IMG/VR virus record: IMGVR_UViG_3300032421_000002
Location: 1-55,979 of that record
DNA length: 55,979 bases
Origin: a virus
Lineage: Duplodnaviria > Caudoviricetes
Reading direction: 5' to 3' (one strand)
Made by a program: the position numbers and the translations under genes
The notes under the pieces: model-generated
Seen by the model: the letters and a program-made list of their open reading frames with translations, nothing else
Database searches by the model: none
What the model was told of the DNA's origin: nothing
Shown: one piece after another, positions 43,051 through 53,306 of the stretch
Numbering within the stretch: the first letter of the stretch is position 1
Layout of the letters: each line of letters opens with the position of its first letter

Positions 43051-43251
43051 ATGAAGACGAGCAATCCCTACGGTGCGAACTACGCGGTCAAGGTTCCTCC
43101 CGAGACCATCCAGGCCGAGCAGTCGCAGGCCAAGGGCAAGGCGACCGCGCGCTACCCCCACAAGCCGCTGATGCCGGACCAGACCAACGGCCAGCAAGGC
43201 AAGATGAAGCGCCCGGCGTACACGCCCGGCACTTCGCCCGCGGGCTCCTGA
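43051..43251 (+). CDS. Small basic protein
   Basis: AAGGAG SD; 66 aa. Confidence 0.65.
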   Translation: MKTSNPYGANYAVKVPPETIQAEQSQAKGKATARYPHKPLMPDQTNGQQGKMKRPAYTPGTSPAGS

Positions 43252-43328
43252 TTCGAGCCGGCGAGCACCCTGAACCGGCGCCCACGCGGCGCCGGTGTTC
43301 TATCCCCACATGATCAACCGGAGCAACC

Positions 43329-43736
43329 ATGATCACCGAGAGTCAAGAGCAGATGGCGGCTGAAGCCCGCGGCAAGAACCGCCAAGACAAGCGCGTTCCG
43401 CTGCTGATCAACCGCGACAACCTGCGCCTGATGCCCAACACGCCGTTGATTCGCCGCCGGCCGCAATACATGCCCTACGACGGCAAGGCCACCGATGACG
43501 AGGCCACGCGCCGCCGCTACGTCGAGGGCGCCGGCAACCATCGGCCGCGCATCGTGAACAGTCAGGCCGAGGCAGACACGTTCGACATCGGCAAGGCCAC
43601 GAAAGACGAGCTCATCGCTTTCGCGATGACCGAGTACGGTCGCATGCTCAACCACGAGACCGACATCCGCACCCTGCGCAAAGAGTTCATGGCCTACGTG
43701 AACACGCTGCCGGGCGGCGGGGAGACGCTGAGCTGA
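43329..43736 (+). CDS. Hypothetical virion-region protein
   Basis: GGAG SD; C-terminal 'TKDELIAFA' HeH-like segment. Confidence 0.7.
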   Translation: MITESQEQMAAEARGKNRQDKRVPLLINRDNLRLMPNTPLIRRRPQYMPYDGKATDDEATRRRYVEGAGNHRPRIVNSQAEADTFDIGKATKDELIAFAMTEYGRMLNHETDIRTLRKEFMAYVNTLPGGGETLS

Positions 43737-43737
43737 C

Positions 43738-44382
43738 ATGACCATTCTGGCGGCCACGATCACGGACGAAGCGGCGGCGCTCCTGCTGGACACTGCGCAT
43801 CGCACGTGGCCGGCCGCCGACTTGCTGGGCTACCTGAACGAAGCGCTGCGCGCGACGGCGTTCGTGAAGCCCGACATGTACACGGTCCAAACGAACTTCA
43901 CGCCCGTCGCCGGCGTGATCCAGAGCCTGCCGAGTGACGGGGTCGCACTGATCGACATCACGCGCAACCTCACCGGCCGCAACCGGGTCGTCACCCAGGT
44001 CGACGAGGGTCTGCTGGAAGAGGCGAATCGTTTTTGGCCGGCGGCCACGCCGCAGGCAGAAGTCGAGCACTTCACCGCAGACCCGCGCAACCCGCGCCGG
44101 TTCCGCGTCTTCCCGCCGGCCAATGGTATCGGCAGCATCGAGATCGTGTATGGCGCGGTGCCGCCCGAGCTCACCGACGCCAGTCAGCCGATTGCGGTGC
44201 CCGACAGCTACCAGACCATCTTGCTCGACTTCGTGCTCGCGCGCGCGTACTCCAAGAACAGCAAAAAGCAGGATCTCGCCAAGGCGAGCTACTATCGTCA
44301 GAACTGGGCCGCAGCGCTCGGCCTCAAGTCGCAGGCTCAGATCGCCATCGCGCCGCACGTGGCGCAAAGCCCGGGGGTCTGA
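43738..44382 (+). CDS. Head-tail adaptor-like protein (DUF6682-like)
   Basis: 'W...DLL.YLNE', 'F.VFPP', 'LLDFVL.RAYSK'. Confidence 0.75.
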   Translation: MTILAATITDEAAALLLDTAHRTWPAADLLGYLNEALRATAFVKPDMYTVQTNFTPVAGVIQSLPSDGVALIDITRNLTGRNRVVTQVDEGLLEEANRFWPAATPQAEVEHFTADPRNPRRFRVFPPANGIGSIEIVYGAVPPELTDASQPIAVPDSYQTILLDFVLARAYSKNSKKQDLAKASYYRQNWAAALGLKSQAQIAIAPHVAQSPGV

Positions 44383-45032
44383 TGAACACCATCGATGTCA
44401 ACGACCAGCTGACGAACGTCGCGCAGATCGCGCGCAAGTGCCCGACGATCACGCTCAAGCGCGCCTACAACCGCGCGTTCCGTGACTTCTGCTCGCAGTC
44501 CCAGTGGCTCACGGTGCAGATCGCCGGCCAGTCGACGCCCAACGTGCCCGAGTACAACCTCGGGTCCGATCCCTACGTCGACATCATCGGCATCAAGGGC
44601 ATGCGCGGCAGCATCACGAACGGCGACGGCTCGGTGCAGTCGTGGCCGATCAACCCGGCCGATCCCGCGGGCTTCGACCCGAACTATCAGCCCACGCTGT
44701 CGGGCCAGTACGCCTACGTGCCGCAATCGCAGTTCGTATTGTTCCCGACGCCCGGCACGCAGGTCTTTCAACTGCTCGTGAGCGCCATCGTGACGCCGAA
44801 GGAGAACGCGACGCAGATTCCTTCGGCGCCGCTGGTGACCTACAGCAACGAGATCGAGGCCGGCGCGTTGGCGTACCTGTTCGACGTGCCCGGCATGCCG
44901 TGGTCGAACCCCGCGATGGCGATGAAGTACATGCGCATTTTCCAGTCCGGCATCGCGAACGCGAAGGCCGAGGTACAGCGCAATTTCAACACCGGACCGC
45001 AGCGCGCGCGCCCGCGCGCGTTTGTGAGGTAA
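44382..45032 (+). CDS. Second adaptor/tail tubular protein
   Basis: TGATG-coupled start; 'DFC..SQW', 'GALAYL...PG.PWSNP..A'. Confidence 0.7.
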   Translation: MNTIDVNDQLTNVAQIARKCPTITLKRAYNRAFRDFCSQSQWLTVQIAGQSTPNVPEYNLGSDPYVDIIGIKGMRGSITNGDGSVQSWPINPADPAGFDPNYQPTLSGQYAYVPQSQFVLFPTPGTQVFQLLVSAIVTPKENATQIPSAPLVTYSNEIEAGALAYLFDVPGMPWSNPAMAMKYMRIFQSGIANAKAEVQRNFNTGPQRARPRAFVR

Positions 45033-45036
45033 GGCC

Positions 45037-46386
45037 ATGGCAACGTTCGGCATCACTCCCGTCACCGGCTACCCGATCCCGCCCTCGGACGACTTCCCGC
45101 AGTTCATCCAGTTCCAACAGGACGGCACGAACCTGGGCGGCCCCGACGCCGACACGGTCAACATCACGGGCGGCCTGACCGCGCGCCGCGGGACCGGCGA
45201 AAACGCCAACGTCATCACGATCGAGGGCGATGGCAGTGCGTTCAGTTGGAACGAGCAAACCGCGGCGTACACGCTCGACCTGAGCGACGCAGGCAACGGC
45301 ATCGCGATGAACGTCGCGACGCAGACACCGCTCACCATTCCCGCGTACGCAGACCAACCGTTCAGCCCCGGCGACGCGATCCTCGTGTACCAGCAGAACG
45401 CAGGCCAAGTCGAGATCGTGGGGGATACGGGCGTCACCGTGGTGGCGCGCGGCAGTCCCTCGCCGATTCTCACGAGCGGGGAGTTCGCGGTGCTCACGCT
45501 CATCAACCGCGACACGAACCTCTGGATCGTCGCCGACGACTACAACGCCTCTGGCGGGCCGATCAACTGGCGCAGCTTCGACGACGACACGACGCTGATC
45601 GCGTCCGACGCCGAGAACGGTCTCGCAGCGAACGCACTCTCATCGGCCGTCGTCAGAATCCCTGCGTTCTCGTCGGTGCCCTTCGCCACGGGCGTGTCGA
45701 TCTTGCTGCTGTGGGACTCGGGCGTGCAGCCGACCGTCATCGGCGACTCAGGCGTGATCGTCAACGTGGATGCCGACTTCGATCCCGCCGTCGCGCGCGA
45801 GCAGGGCATCATATCGATCATCAACCGCGACACGGATGTGTGGGTGCTCGCGGGCGATCTGGCCGGCGGCAACGCCGGGGGCGGCACTGTCACGGCAGTG
45901 GGCCTCGACATGCCGGCCGAGTTCGCGGTCGACCCGTACGAGATCACGACGGCTGGTACGTTCACCGTCACCAAGGCGCCGCAGGGCGCCAATCGAGTTT
46001 GGGCGGGCCCGGTCTCGGGCGCCGCGGCCACGCCGGCATTTCGACCGCTGGTGCGCGCCGATGTCGAGGACGCGCAGCGCCTCGTGTGGCGCACGGTATC
46101 GGGCAACTACACCCTTGTGCTCAGCGACGCCGAGAACGGCATCGCGATGAACGGATCGGTTCTCACGATCCCTTCGCACAGCGAGGTGCCGTTTGATGAC
46201 GGCACTTCGATCCTGCTGCTCGATGAGGGTTACGGTAACCCGATCTCGATCATCGGCCAGTCGGGCGTTCAGGTCAAAGTGCGCTCGGCGCTCCAGCCCG
46301 TGACCGCGGGCGAGAGCGCGATCGTGACGATCATTCAGCGCGGCATCGATGTGTGGTATCTGGCGGGCGACTTGGAGATCAGCTGA
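45037..46386 (+). CDS. Tail fibre-like protein with three internal repeats
   Basis: Three 'YTL.LSDA.NG.AMN...LTIP.....PF..G..IL....W.LAGDL' units. Confidence 0.7.
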   Translation: MATFGITPVTGYPIPPSDDFPQFIQFQQDGTNLGGPDADTVNITGGLTARRGTGENANVITIEGDGSAFSWNEQTAAYTLDLSDAGNGIAMNVATQTPLTIPAYADQPFSPGDAILVYQQNAGQVEIVGDTGVTVVARGSPSPILTSGEFAVLTLINRDTNLWIVADDYNASGGPINWRSFDDDTTLIASDAENGLAANALSSAVVRIPAFSSVPFATGVSILLLWDSGVQPTVIGDSGVIVNVDADFDPAVAREQGIISIINRDTDVWVLAGDLAGGNAGGGTVTAVGLDMPAEFAVDPYEITTAGTFTVTKAPQGANRVWAGPVSGAAATPAFRPLVRADVEDAQRLVWRTVSGNYTLVLSDAENGIAMNGSVLTIPSHSEVPFDDGTSILLLDEGYGNPISIIGQSGVQVKVRSALQPVTAGESAIVTIIQRGIDVWYLAGDLEIS

Positions 46387-47132
46387 TGCGCACCACTCTC
46401 GCTGGTTGCTTGATGCCGCATCCGCGGCCTTCACCTGTTTGCGACATCATTCACTTGATGTTCGATGCCGCTGCCGGCTCCCAGATCTTCACCGATGAGG
46501 GATCTGCGGGGAGCGTTTGGACGCCTTCCACCGCGGTTTCCGGGAAATGCGAGATCACTGCAAACAACGTGGTCGAGGGCATCGGCGCGTTCTATACCGA
46601 GCTCACGCTCGTGCCGGACAACGAGAATCACGAATACATCGCGACACCCTACACCGCGGCCAACGCGATCACGAGTGGCGATTTTTTCATCGGCTTCTGG
46701 CTTCGCCCCAGCGATACGCAACTGACGAATCGCTTCATGTTCGGAGTCACTGACACCGATACGGACCCTGCAAATACCGGTTTCTACTTCTACACCACGA
46801 ACGGCGGGCGTCTCGTCTTCCGATACTCGGACGGCGTGACCGAGCACGAATTCGACATCGCTGGCGTTCCGCCCACGAACACGCAGACCTATATTTGCGT
46901 CGAGCGTATCGGGAACACAATCTACGGATCGAAGAACGGAAGCTCGGTGGCGTCCGCAGCCATCAGCGGAGCGCTGCACCTGCCTGTCGGGCAAGAACTG
47001 CACATTGGTGCGGGCGTCAACGCGGCGCATCAAACGTTCGGATCTTGCACTGTCGACATGATGCAAGTCCGCCGCCAAAGCGTGTTCGGCGGTCTCGCAT
47101 TCACGCCGCCGACAACGGCGATTCCCTGCTGA
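46386..47132 (+). CDS. LamG/ConA-like lectin virion protein
   Basis: 'GDFFIGFWLRP', 'YICVER.G..IY...NG', 'FTPPT'. Confidence 0.7.
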   Translation: MRTTLAGCLMPHPRPSPVCDIIHLMFDAAAGSQIFTDEGSAGSVWTPSTAVSGKCEITANNVVEGIGAFYTELTLVPDNENHEYIATPYTAANAITSGDFFIGFWLRPSDTQLTNRFMFGVTDTDTDPANTGFYFYTTNGGRLVFRYSDGVTEHEFDIAGVPPTNTQTYICVERIGNTIYGSKNGSSVASAAISGALHLPVGQELHIGAGVNAAHQTFGSCTVDMMQVRRQSVFGGLAFTPPTTAIPC

Positions 47133-47135
47133 GCT

Positions 47136-49487
47136 ATGCAACGTGCCGTCACTTCGTTCCGTGGTGAAGCGCCTCGCGTTACTCCGCGCGCATTGCCCGA
47201 CAACGCCGCCGTTGACGCGACGAACGCGCGCCTGCTCACGGGCGATCTGACCGCGTGGAAGCAGTTCAGTTTCACGGCCGCGCTCGCGAACTACCCCGGG
47301 CCTGTCGAAACGATCTACAAACTCAACGGCGCTTGGCTGTCGTGGACACAGGACATTGATGTTGCACGCGGCATCATCCCCGGTGATACGACGTTCCGCA
47401 CGTACTTGACCGGGCTCGACGTACCGCGGTTCACGAACTACGCACTCGCGACATCCGGCGCGCAGCCTTACCCGACCGAGACCCGGATTCTCGGCGTGCC
47501 GGCGCCCGACGCAGTGCCCACGGTAGTGCTCGGGGTCGATCCGACCTCGACGAGTTTCTCGGTTGACGTGACGGACTCGGGCGATGCGCTCGCGACTTCG
47601 TGGACAACTTCTCCGACGACCTCTGGCAGCAACTACACCAGCAGCGTGACGCAAGATGCGGTGATCGGGAACCCGGCACCAAGCTACAAGCTCACGTTCT
47701 ATAACAACAATCTCGACAAGCCCTGCTACGCCTATCGCAACTTCGGAGTGGGAAGCGCGACCGTCGTCACGATGAACGCGGACTTCTACATGACGGCCGC
47801 GGGCGGCCAGTATCAAGCACGCTTTCGCATCGCCAACGACTCGACCGGCGCCGGGCTAAGCGCACAGGTGCAATTTCCCTTCGGCACGGGCGCGGGCCCG
47901 TACCTCGTGATCTGCACGGTCAACGCGTGGAACGAGCCGGGTAGCATCATCGCCCAAGCCGCGTTGTCGGCGCTGACGATGGCCTCGTGGTATCACATGG
48001 CGATGACGTTGGTTCGCAACTCCGACAACTCGGTGACGCTGACCGCGACGCTCACGCACGGCGCAACGGAGCTCGCGTCGGTGACGCACACGAGCGCAAC
48101 GTCGCCAATGGACAACTACTGTGGCATGAACTGCGCCGCGGCGGATCTGGGCGGGTCACAGTCGACCTACTTCGACAACATCCATGTGCAGGCCAGCGGG
48201 TCGACCGGCTACACGCCGGTGAACCTCGCGACGAGCTACGTCTATACGTTCGTCAACGACATCGGCGAAGAGAGCGCCCCGAGCTTGCCGAGCGCGACGG
48301 TCGTGCGACCGGATGGCGTGTCGGCCACGGTGACGACGCCGACGACGCTACCCACGGGGATCAGCACCGACTACGGCATCACCACGAAGCGCATCTATCG
48401 TGCAGCCACCGGCAACACGGGGACCGAGTTCCTGTTCGTCGCCGAGATCCCGCTCTCCCAAGCCGACTACGTGGACGTGCTGACCGACGCCGAGCTCGGC
48501 GAAGTGCTGCCTTCGGACATTTGGACGCTACCGCCTGACGATTTGCGCGGCATCATGGCGCTCCCGAACGGGATCATGGTCGGGTTCCGCCGCAATCAAC
48601 TGTGTTTCAGCGCACAGAACCAGCCGCACGCGTGGCCGGTCGAGTACCGGCTGAACACCGACACCGACATTGTCGGCATCGGCAACATCGACAACACTGT
48701 GGTGATCGGCACACAGAGCTTTGTCTACGTGGCGACCGGCAACGACCCCGCCGCGTACAGCATGAGCAAGTTCGAGGTGCCGTACGCGGCGATGAGCAAG
48801 CTCTCGTTCACGTACCTCACAGGCATCGGTGTGGTGTTCGCCGGCACGAACGGGCTCATGGCTTGCGCTGGCATCGGTCAGGTGCGCAACCTCACCGAAG
48901 GCGTGTTCACCGATACGCAGTGGAAGGCGCTGGAACCGAGCAGCATGCGCTGCGTCGCGCACAATGACATTTGCTTTCTCTTCTGGGAGAACGACACCGC
49001 CAAGGGTTGCTATGCGATCGACATGAAGGCCACGGGTTTCGGCATTGTCCCGATGTCGTTCCACGCGAGCGCCGCCTACGTTGATCCGGTGGGCGACGTG
49101 ATGTATCTCGTGCTCGACTACGACAGCGAGCCGGATGATGCATCGCTGCCCATTCCTCCTACGACGCCGCCCTACATCGAGGGCACGCACATTTACGAGT
49201 TCGAGGGCTCGGACACGGACTCGATGACGTACCGTTGGCGATCGAAGCTGTGGCTTTTGGAGCGGCCAACGACGATGCTCATCGCGCAGGTGCGTGCGGA
49301 GGACTACGACAACATCCTCTTCCGCGTGTACGCCGATGGCGTGCAGGTCGACGAGATAGTGATCACGGAAGAGACCGAGTTCACGCTCACTGCCGTTGAC
49401 GAGTACACGACGCTTCAATTTGAAGTGCTGGGTACGTCAACGGTGCGCGTGCTGGAGACCGCCGAAGACGTTTCGGAGCTCAGCTGA
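47136..49487 (+). CDS. Tail nozzle/stabilisation protein with an inserted lectin-like domain
   Basis: 'F.GE.PR..P..LP', 'LGVPAP', 'YVYTFV...GEES.PS', 'G.M.LPNG', 'P.AWP..Y', 'WRSK'. Confidence 0.8.
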   Translation: MQRAVTSFRGEAPRVTPRALPDNAAVDATNARLLTGDLTAWKQFSFTAALANYPGPVETIYKLNGAWLSWTQDIDVARGIIPGDTTFRTYLTGLDVPRFTNYALATSGAQPYPTETRILGVPAPDAVPTVVLGVDPTSTSFSVDVTDSGDALATSWTTSPTTSGSNYTSSVTQDAVIGNPAPSYKLTFYNNNLDKPCYAYRNFGVGSATVVTMNADFYMTAAGGQYQARFRIANDSTGAGLSAQVQFPFGTGAGPYLVICTVNAWNEPGSIIAQAALSALTMASWYHMAMTLVRNSDNSVTLTATLTHGATELASVTHTSATSPMDNYCGMNCAAADLGGSQSTYFDNIHVQASGSTGYTPVNLATSYVYTFVNDIGEESAPSLPSATVVRPDGVSATVTTPTTLPTGISTDYGITTKRIYRAATGNTGTEFLFVAEIPLSQADYVDVLTDAELGEVLPSDIWTLPPDDLRGIMALPNGIMVGFRRNQLCFSAQNQPHAWPVEYRLNTDTDIVGIGNIDNTVVIGTQSFVYVATGNDPAAYSMSKFEVPYAAMSKLSFTYLTGIGVVFAGTNGLMACAGIGQVRNLTEGVFTDTQWKALEPSSMRCVAHNDICFLFWENDTAKGCYAIDMKATGFGIVPMSFHASAAYVDPVGDVMYLVLDYDSEPDDASLPIPPTTPPYIEGTHIYEFEGSDTDSMTYRWRSKLWLLERPTTMLIAQVRAEDYDNILFRVYADGVQVDEIVITEETEFTLTAVDEYTTLQFEVLGTSTVRVLETAEDVSELS

Positions 49488-50365
49488 TGGCACTCGGCAA
49501 GCCAGCCATTGCCACTCCCACGCGGCTGGAGCAGCGGCCCGTCGCGGACGCGGTAAGCAGTATCCGCCAACGCATCGAGGCGATCGAGGCGGCGCTCAAC
49601 CAGACGAGCGCAATCGCAGGAACAACAGCCAACTCGACCACTTCGCAGCTGGCCGCGATTCAGCAGTCCCTAGCCGTGCTGACGCGTGAGGTAGCCGCGC
49701 TTGAGGCGAGCAGCGGCAGCGGGGGCAGCGTATCGCTCGCGCAACTCTTTCTCGTTCAAGGCGAAGACGGGGACGAAGGCCAAGCAGGCCCCCCGGGGGG
49801 TGCAGGCGCGGCAGGCGCCACGGGCGCGACTGGCGCGACTGGCGCGACAGGGCCGATGGGCCAGTTCATGCAAGGCGAAGACGGGGACGAAGGTCAAGCA
49901 GGCCCCCCGGGAAGCGCAGGCGCAGCGGGCGCCGCGGGGGCGACCGGCGCGACAGGGCCGATGGGTCCCGCGGTTTTCCTTGTCGGCGAAGCAGAGGACG
50001 GCGAGCAGGGGGTTCAAGGCCCAAAAGGCGATGGGTATTTGAACATCCCCCAAAACTCGCAGTCAGCAAACTACACGACGGTTCTTGCCGATTCTGCGAA
50101 GCATCTCTTTCACCCGGCCGCGGATACCACGGCGCGGACTTGGACGATCGACAGCAATGCGAATGTGGCGTACCCCATTGGTACGGCCCTCACGTTCGTC
50201 AATGAACACGGCGCGGGCACGATCACCATTGCGATCACCTCAGACACAATGCGGCTCGCGGGTTCGGGTTCGACAGGAAACCGAACATTGGTCGCGGACG
50301 GTATCGCTACTGCGTTGAAGATCACTTCAACGTCTTGGATCATCAGCGGTACGGGTTTGACTTGA
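49487..50365 (+). CDS. Collagen-like tail fibre protein
   Basis: Coiled-coil N-terminus, interrupted Gly-X-Y tracts, C-terminus 'IPQNSQSANYT.VL.D'. Confidence 0.75.
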   Translation: MALGKPAIATPTRLEQRPVADAVSSIRQRIEAIEAALNQTSAIAGTTANSTTSQLAAIQQSLAVLTREVAALEASSGSGGSVSLAQLFLVQGEDGDEGQAGPPGGAGAAGATGATGATGATGPMGQFMQGEDGDEGQAGPPGSAGAAGAAGATGATGPMGPAVFLVGEAEDGEQGVQGPKGDGYLNIPQNSQSANYTTVLADSAKHLFHPAADTTARTWTIDSNANVAYPIGTALTFVNEHGAGTITIAITSDTMRLAGSGSTGNRTLVADGIATALKITSTSWIISGTGLT

Positions 50366-50379
50366 AGGAGATTTAAATC

Positions 50380-50748
50380 ATGGCGTCAAATAAGGCATTT
50401 CGCTTCGGTCCGGTTGCGTTGTCCAATACCCTGACGACGAACATCCTCAATCCGCCCACGGCCACCGGCGGCGTAAACGCGGGTTCTTCGGCGAATTACA
50501 TCATCCTGCGGCACATTCGTATCGTCAACAAAACCGCAGGGGCGGTGACGTTCTCGCTATGGTTGGGCGCAACTGGCGCGAATGCAGCAGGCACCGAGGT
50601 GATCGGGCAGGGGTATTCGGTTCCTGCCAACTCGGCCGTCGATTGGTACGGTGCGCTGCGGCTGGACAGTGCGGACTTTCTCGTTGGAGGCGCGAGCGCG
50701 GCTACCTCGCTATCGATCGAAGGTGAAGGCGAGATCGGCGTAGCCTGA
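50380..50748 (+). CDS. Virion structural protein
   Basis: AAGGAG SD; beta-rich, 122 aa. Confidence 0.7.
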   Translation: MASNKAFRFGPVALSNTLTTNILNPPTATGGVNAGSSANYIILRHIRIVNKTAGAVTFSLWLGATGANAAGTEVIGQGYSVPANSAVDWYGALRLDSADFLVGGASAATSLSIEGEGEIGVA

Positions 50749-52274
50749 TGGTCGCTGTTCAGCAAGCATTGCTCGTGCACGGCTTCACGCCGGGCGCGGG
50801 CCTGCTGGACGGCTTCACGTCGAACCTCTGGGGGCCTTCGGGGCTCGATCTCCTGCGAAGCAACTACGTCGGGAACACACTACGCATACGTCGGAGCAGC
50901 GACGACACGACCCTCGATGTGGGGTTCAACGGCACTTCGTGGGATTCGGTTACCGCGCTGGCCTTCACCGGCGCCGCGAATGCGTACGCCAACTACGCCA
51001 GCGTGGCACTCTACGTGCCGATCACGGGCAGCTCTGGCAGCACTTCGTTCCGTTGCGTCAAGGGGCACCAGTGCACGGCGGTGGGCAACGCCCAGGTAAG
51101 CACAACGCTTGGGTTCCCGACTGCGTTGTTCGACGGCAACACCGATCGCATCGATATTGTTGTCGGGCGCAGTGTTCAGCTCGCCGCAGGCGACTTCCGC
51201 ATCCGTTGCAAGATCAACGCGACCACGCTCAAGGTTGCGGTGATCGCGGAAGCGTACGGGGGTTCGGCCGCCGCGTCGATGTTCTTCTTGCAGCTGAACA
51301 ACACCTCGGGGCAGATCGCAGCCGGCATCTATTCGGGCACCGGCACGGCGGGAGTCTGCACCTCCGCGAACAGCACTATCGCCACGGGGACAACCTACGA
51401 CATCGAGTATGGACGTTCCGGCACCTCGTTCCAGCTCTCCGTCAACGGCACTTCGGTGGCGACGGCGACCTCTTCGGCAACCGCCAACGCCGGGCCGACG
51501 ACCATGGCTATCGGGGGCGAGAGCGGCGCCGCGACGGCCTCGTTCAATGGACATATCTGGGGCTTGAGCATCGAGCCAGGGGTCGCAGGGCACACGGGCA
51601 GCTTCACGCCGGATGCGCTCTACACGACGGAAGGCGACGGGTTCGTCGAACGCGCGTACTTCCAAAATGCCACGGGCGCATATTGGAACCAGACCACACT
51701 CACGGCGCAGCCGCGGATCATCAGCAACGCTGCTGCCTTGACCGACATTCAATTCGACGGCGCCGACGACTACATGGTGAGCAGCATCAACAGTGGCACC
51801 CCCACTGCGATGTCTGCTTTCTACAAGGGCAATTTCAGGCTCGACACCCTGGCAAGCGCGAGCTTCATCTCGATGCAGCACACGACCGCCTTTTCGACGA
51901 GCAAAGGTTGCTACTTGAGCGACGACACAACCAACGCGATCGGTTGGGGCGTGTCGGACGGGACCGGCAACCGGCTGACGGCCTCGGGCCCCAACAACAG
52001 CAACGTAAAGACGCTGGGGGTTGTCGGCGGCGTGTTCGACAAGTCGCAGGCTGGCAACGCGAAACGCAAAGCCTACTACAACGGTTCGGAGATCACGGCG
52101 TCTTCGACGAGCACGGTCGGAACTGTCGGGACGGGTGCTTTCGATGCTGCGGTTTGGCAGATCGGGGGCTTGGCCGGCGCCAATCCGCTAAACAACGGAC
52201 CGCTTAACCTGCGGCGCTGGGCGATCTACGAAGAAGCGGCCAACGCTGCGAGCGTTAGCGCCGCGCTTGCATGA
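50748..52274 (+). CDS. Tail-associated ConA/arabinofuranosidase-like protein with a nested LamG module
   Basis: 'LR..Y.G..LRIRRSSD....DVGF' and 'DGFV...Y.Q...QT...QPRI...FDG.DD' flank a 'GNAQ.ST...FDG..D' LamG unit. Confidence 0.65.
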   Translation: MVAVQQALLVHGFTPGAGLLDGFTSNLWGPSGLDLLRSNYVGNTLRIRRSSDDTTLDVGFNGTSWDSVTALAFTGAANAYANYASVALYVPITGSSGSTSFRCVKGHQCTAVGNAQVSTTLGFPTALFDGNTDRIDIVVGRSVQLAAGDFRIRCKINATTLKVAVIAEAYGGSAAASMFFLQLNNTSGQIAAGIYSGTGTAGVCTSANSTIATGTTYDIEYGRSGTSFQLSVNGTSVATATSSATANAGPTTMAIGGESGAATASFNGHIWGLSIEPGVAGHTGSFTPDALYTTEGDGFVERAYFQNATGAYWNQTTLTAQPRIISNAAALTDIQFDGADDYMVSSINSGTPTAMSAFYKGNFRLDTLASASFISMQHTTAFSTSKGCYLSDDTTNAIGWGVSDGTGNRLTASGPNNSNVKTLGVVGGVFDKSQAGNAKRKAYYNGSEITASSTSTVGTVGTGAFDAAVWQIGGLAGANPLNNGPLNLRRWAIYEEAANAASVSAALA

Positions 52275-52672
52275 TCTCCGGGACCGCGTTCACCATCGAA
52301 GACCCGCGGATGGTCGAGGCGGCTTGCCGTGGGTTGGCGCCCACTATCGCCAGCGCTTCCGAGATCCGTGAAATTCAGTCACAATGCGCGCAAGAGAGGG
52401 CCATGTGCCTCGCCTGCGAAGACGGAATGATCGTCGTCGACTTGCGGCCGCACGGGGATGCCCTCGAAATGTTCGTGTGGATTGCCGTGGCCTTCAAACA
52501 CGGCGCATTCGAGCGACAAGACGCCGCAGTGCGAGCCATCGCACGCGATCTCGGAGCACAGACGATTGCCTTCCAGTCACGAAGGCGCGGATGGGCAAGG
52601 CGGCTCGGGCCTGAGTGGCACCGGCGCGGTTCAAACGAGTTCGTGAGGCAAGTCGATGAGCAAGGGCGGTGA
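52271..52672 (+). CDS. GNAT-like internal virion protein (T7 gp13-like position)
   Basis: 'FVWIA', 'IARDLGA..I.F.S.RRGWAR'; precedes the ejection genes. Confidence 0.65.
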   Translation: MISGTAFTIEDPRMVEAACRGLAPTIASASEIREIQSQCAQERAMCLACEDGMIVVDLRPHGDALEMFVWIAVAFKHGAFERQDAAVRAIARDLGAQTIAFQSRRRGWARRLGPEWHRRGSNEFVRQVDEQGR

Positions 52673-53306
52673 TCAGGTTCAGGAAACTGTGGCGCAGCGC
52701 GCGATGGCGGAGCACGCCGTCAACCTGATGAACGACTACCGGCAACGGTGGTTGCCCGTCCAGCAAAAGCTCGCGCAACAGGTCGAGGCCATGGGCGCCG
52801 AAGGATCCGCCGCGCGGCGCGAAGCCCAAGGCAAGGCTGCCACTGACACGCAATTGCAGTTCTCTCAGGCCCAAGGCGCCTTGGAGAAGGGGCTCACGAA
52901 CGCTGGCGCGGCGCCGGGGTCTTCGCGCGCGAGTCTCGCGATCACCGGCATGGGCGCGGATCTCGCCAAGTCGAAGGGCTTGAGCACGATGATCGCCGAT
53001 CAGCAGATCGACGACGCCTACACGCAGGGTTTGAGCGCGCTCATGAACATCGGGCAAGGCAAGGCGGGCAGCGTTGCAAACTCGATGGCGATTCAAGCGC
53101 AGCAGAGCGGCGCGCAAGCGCGCGCTGACGCCTCCGCGGCGCTCGCCGAAAAGCAAGCCTACGGTGAGCTCGCAGGACAAGTCGCGGGCTACGGGCTCCA
53201 GACCGCGCTGGGCCCGAACCGCTTCGGGCCCGACTACAGCAAGTTCACCGGCGCCTATACCGGACCGACAGGCCCAGGCATCAACACGCCGCAAGCGGGG
53301 ACGTGA
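52656..53306 (+). CDS. Putative ejection protein
   Basis: Starts MSKGG; Ala/Gln/Gly-rich helical composition. Confidence 0.7.
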   Translation: MSKGGDQVQETVAQRAMAEHAVNLMNDYRQRWLPVQQKLAQQVEAMGAEGSAARREAQGKAATDTQLQFSQAQGALEKGLTNAGAAPGSSRASLAITGMGADLAKSKGLSTMIADQQIDDAYTQGLSALMNIGQGKAGSVANSMAIQAQQSGAQARADASAALAEKQAYGELAGQVAGYGLQTALGPNRFGPDYSKFTGAYTGPTGPGINTPQAGT

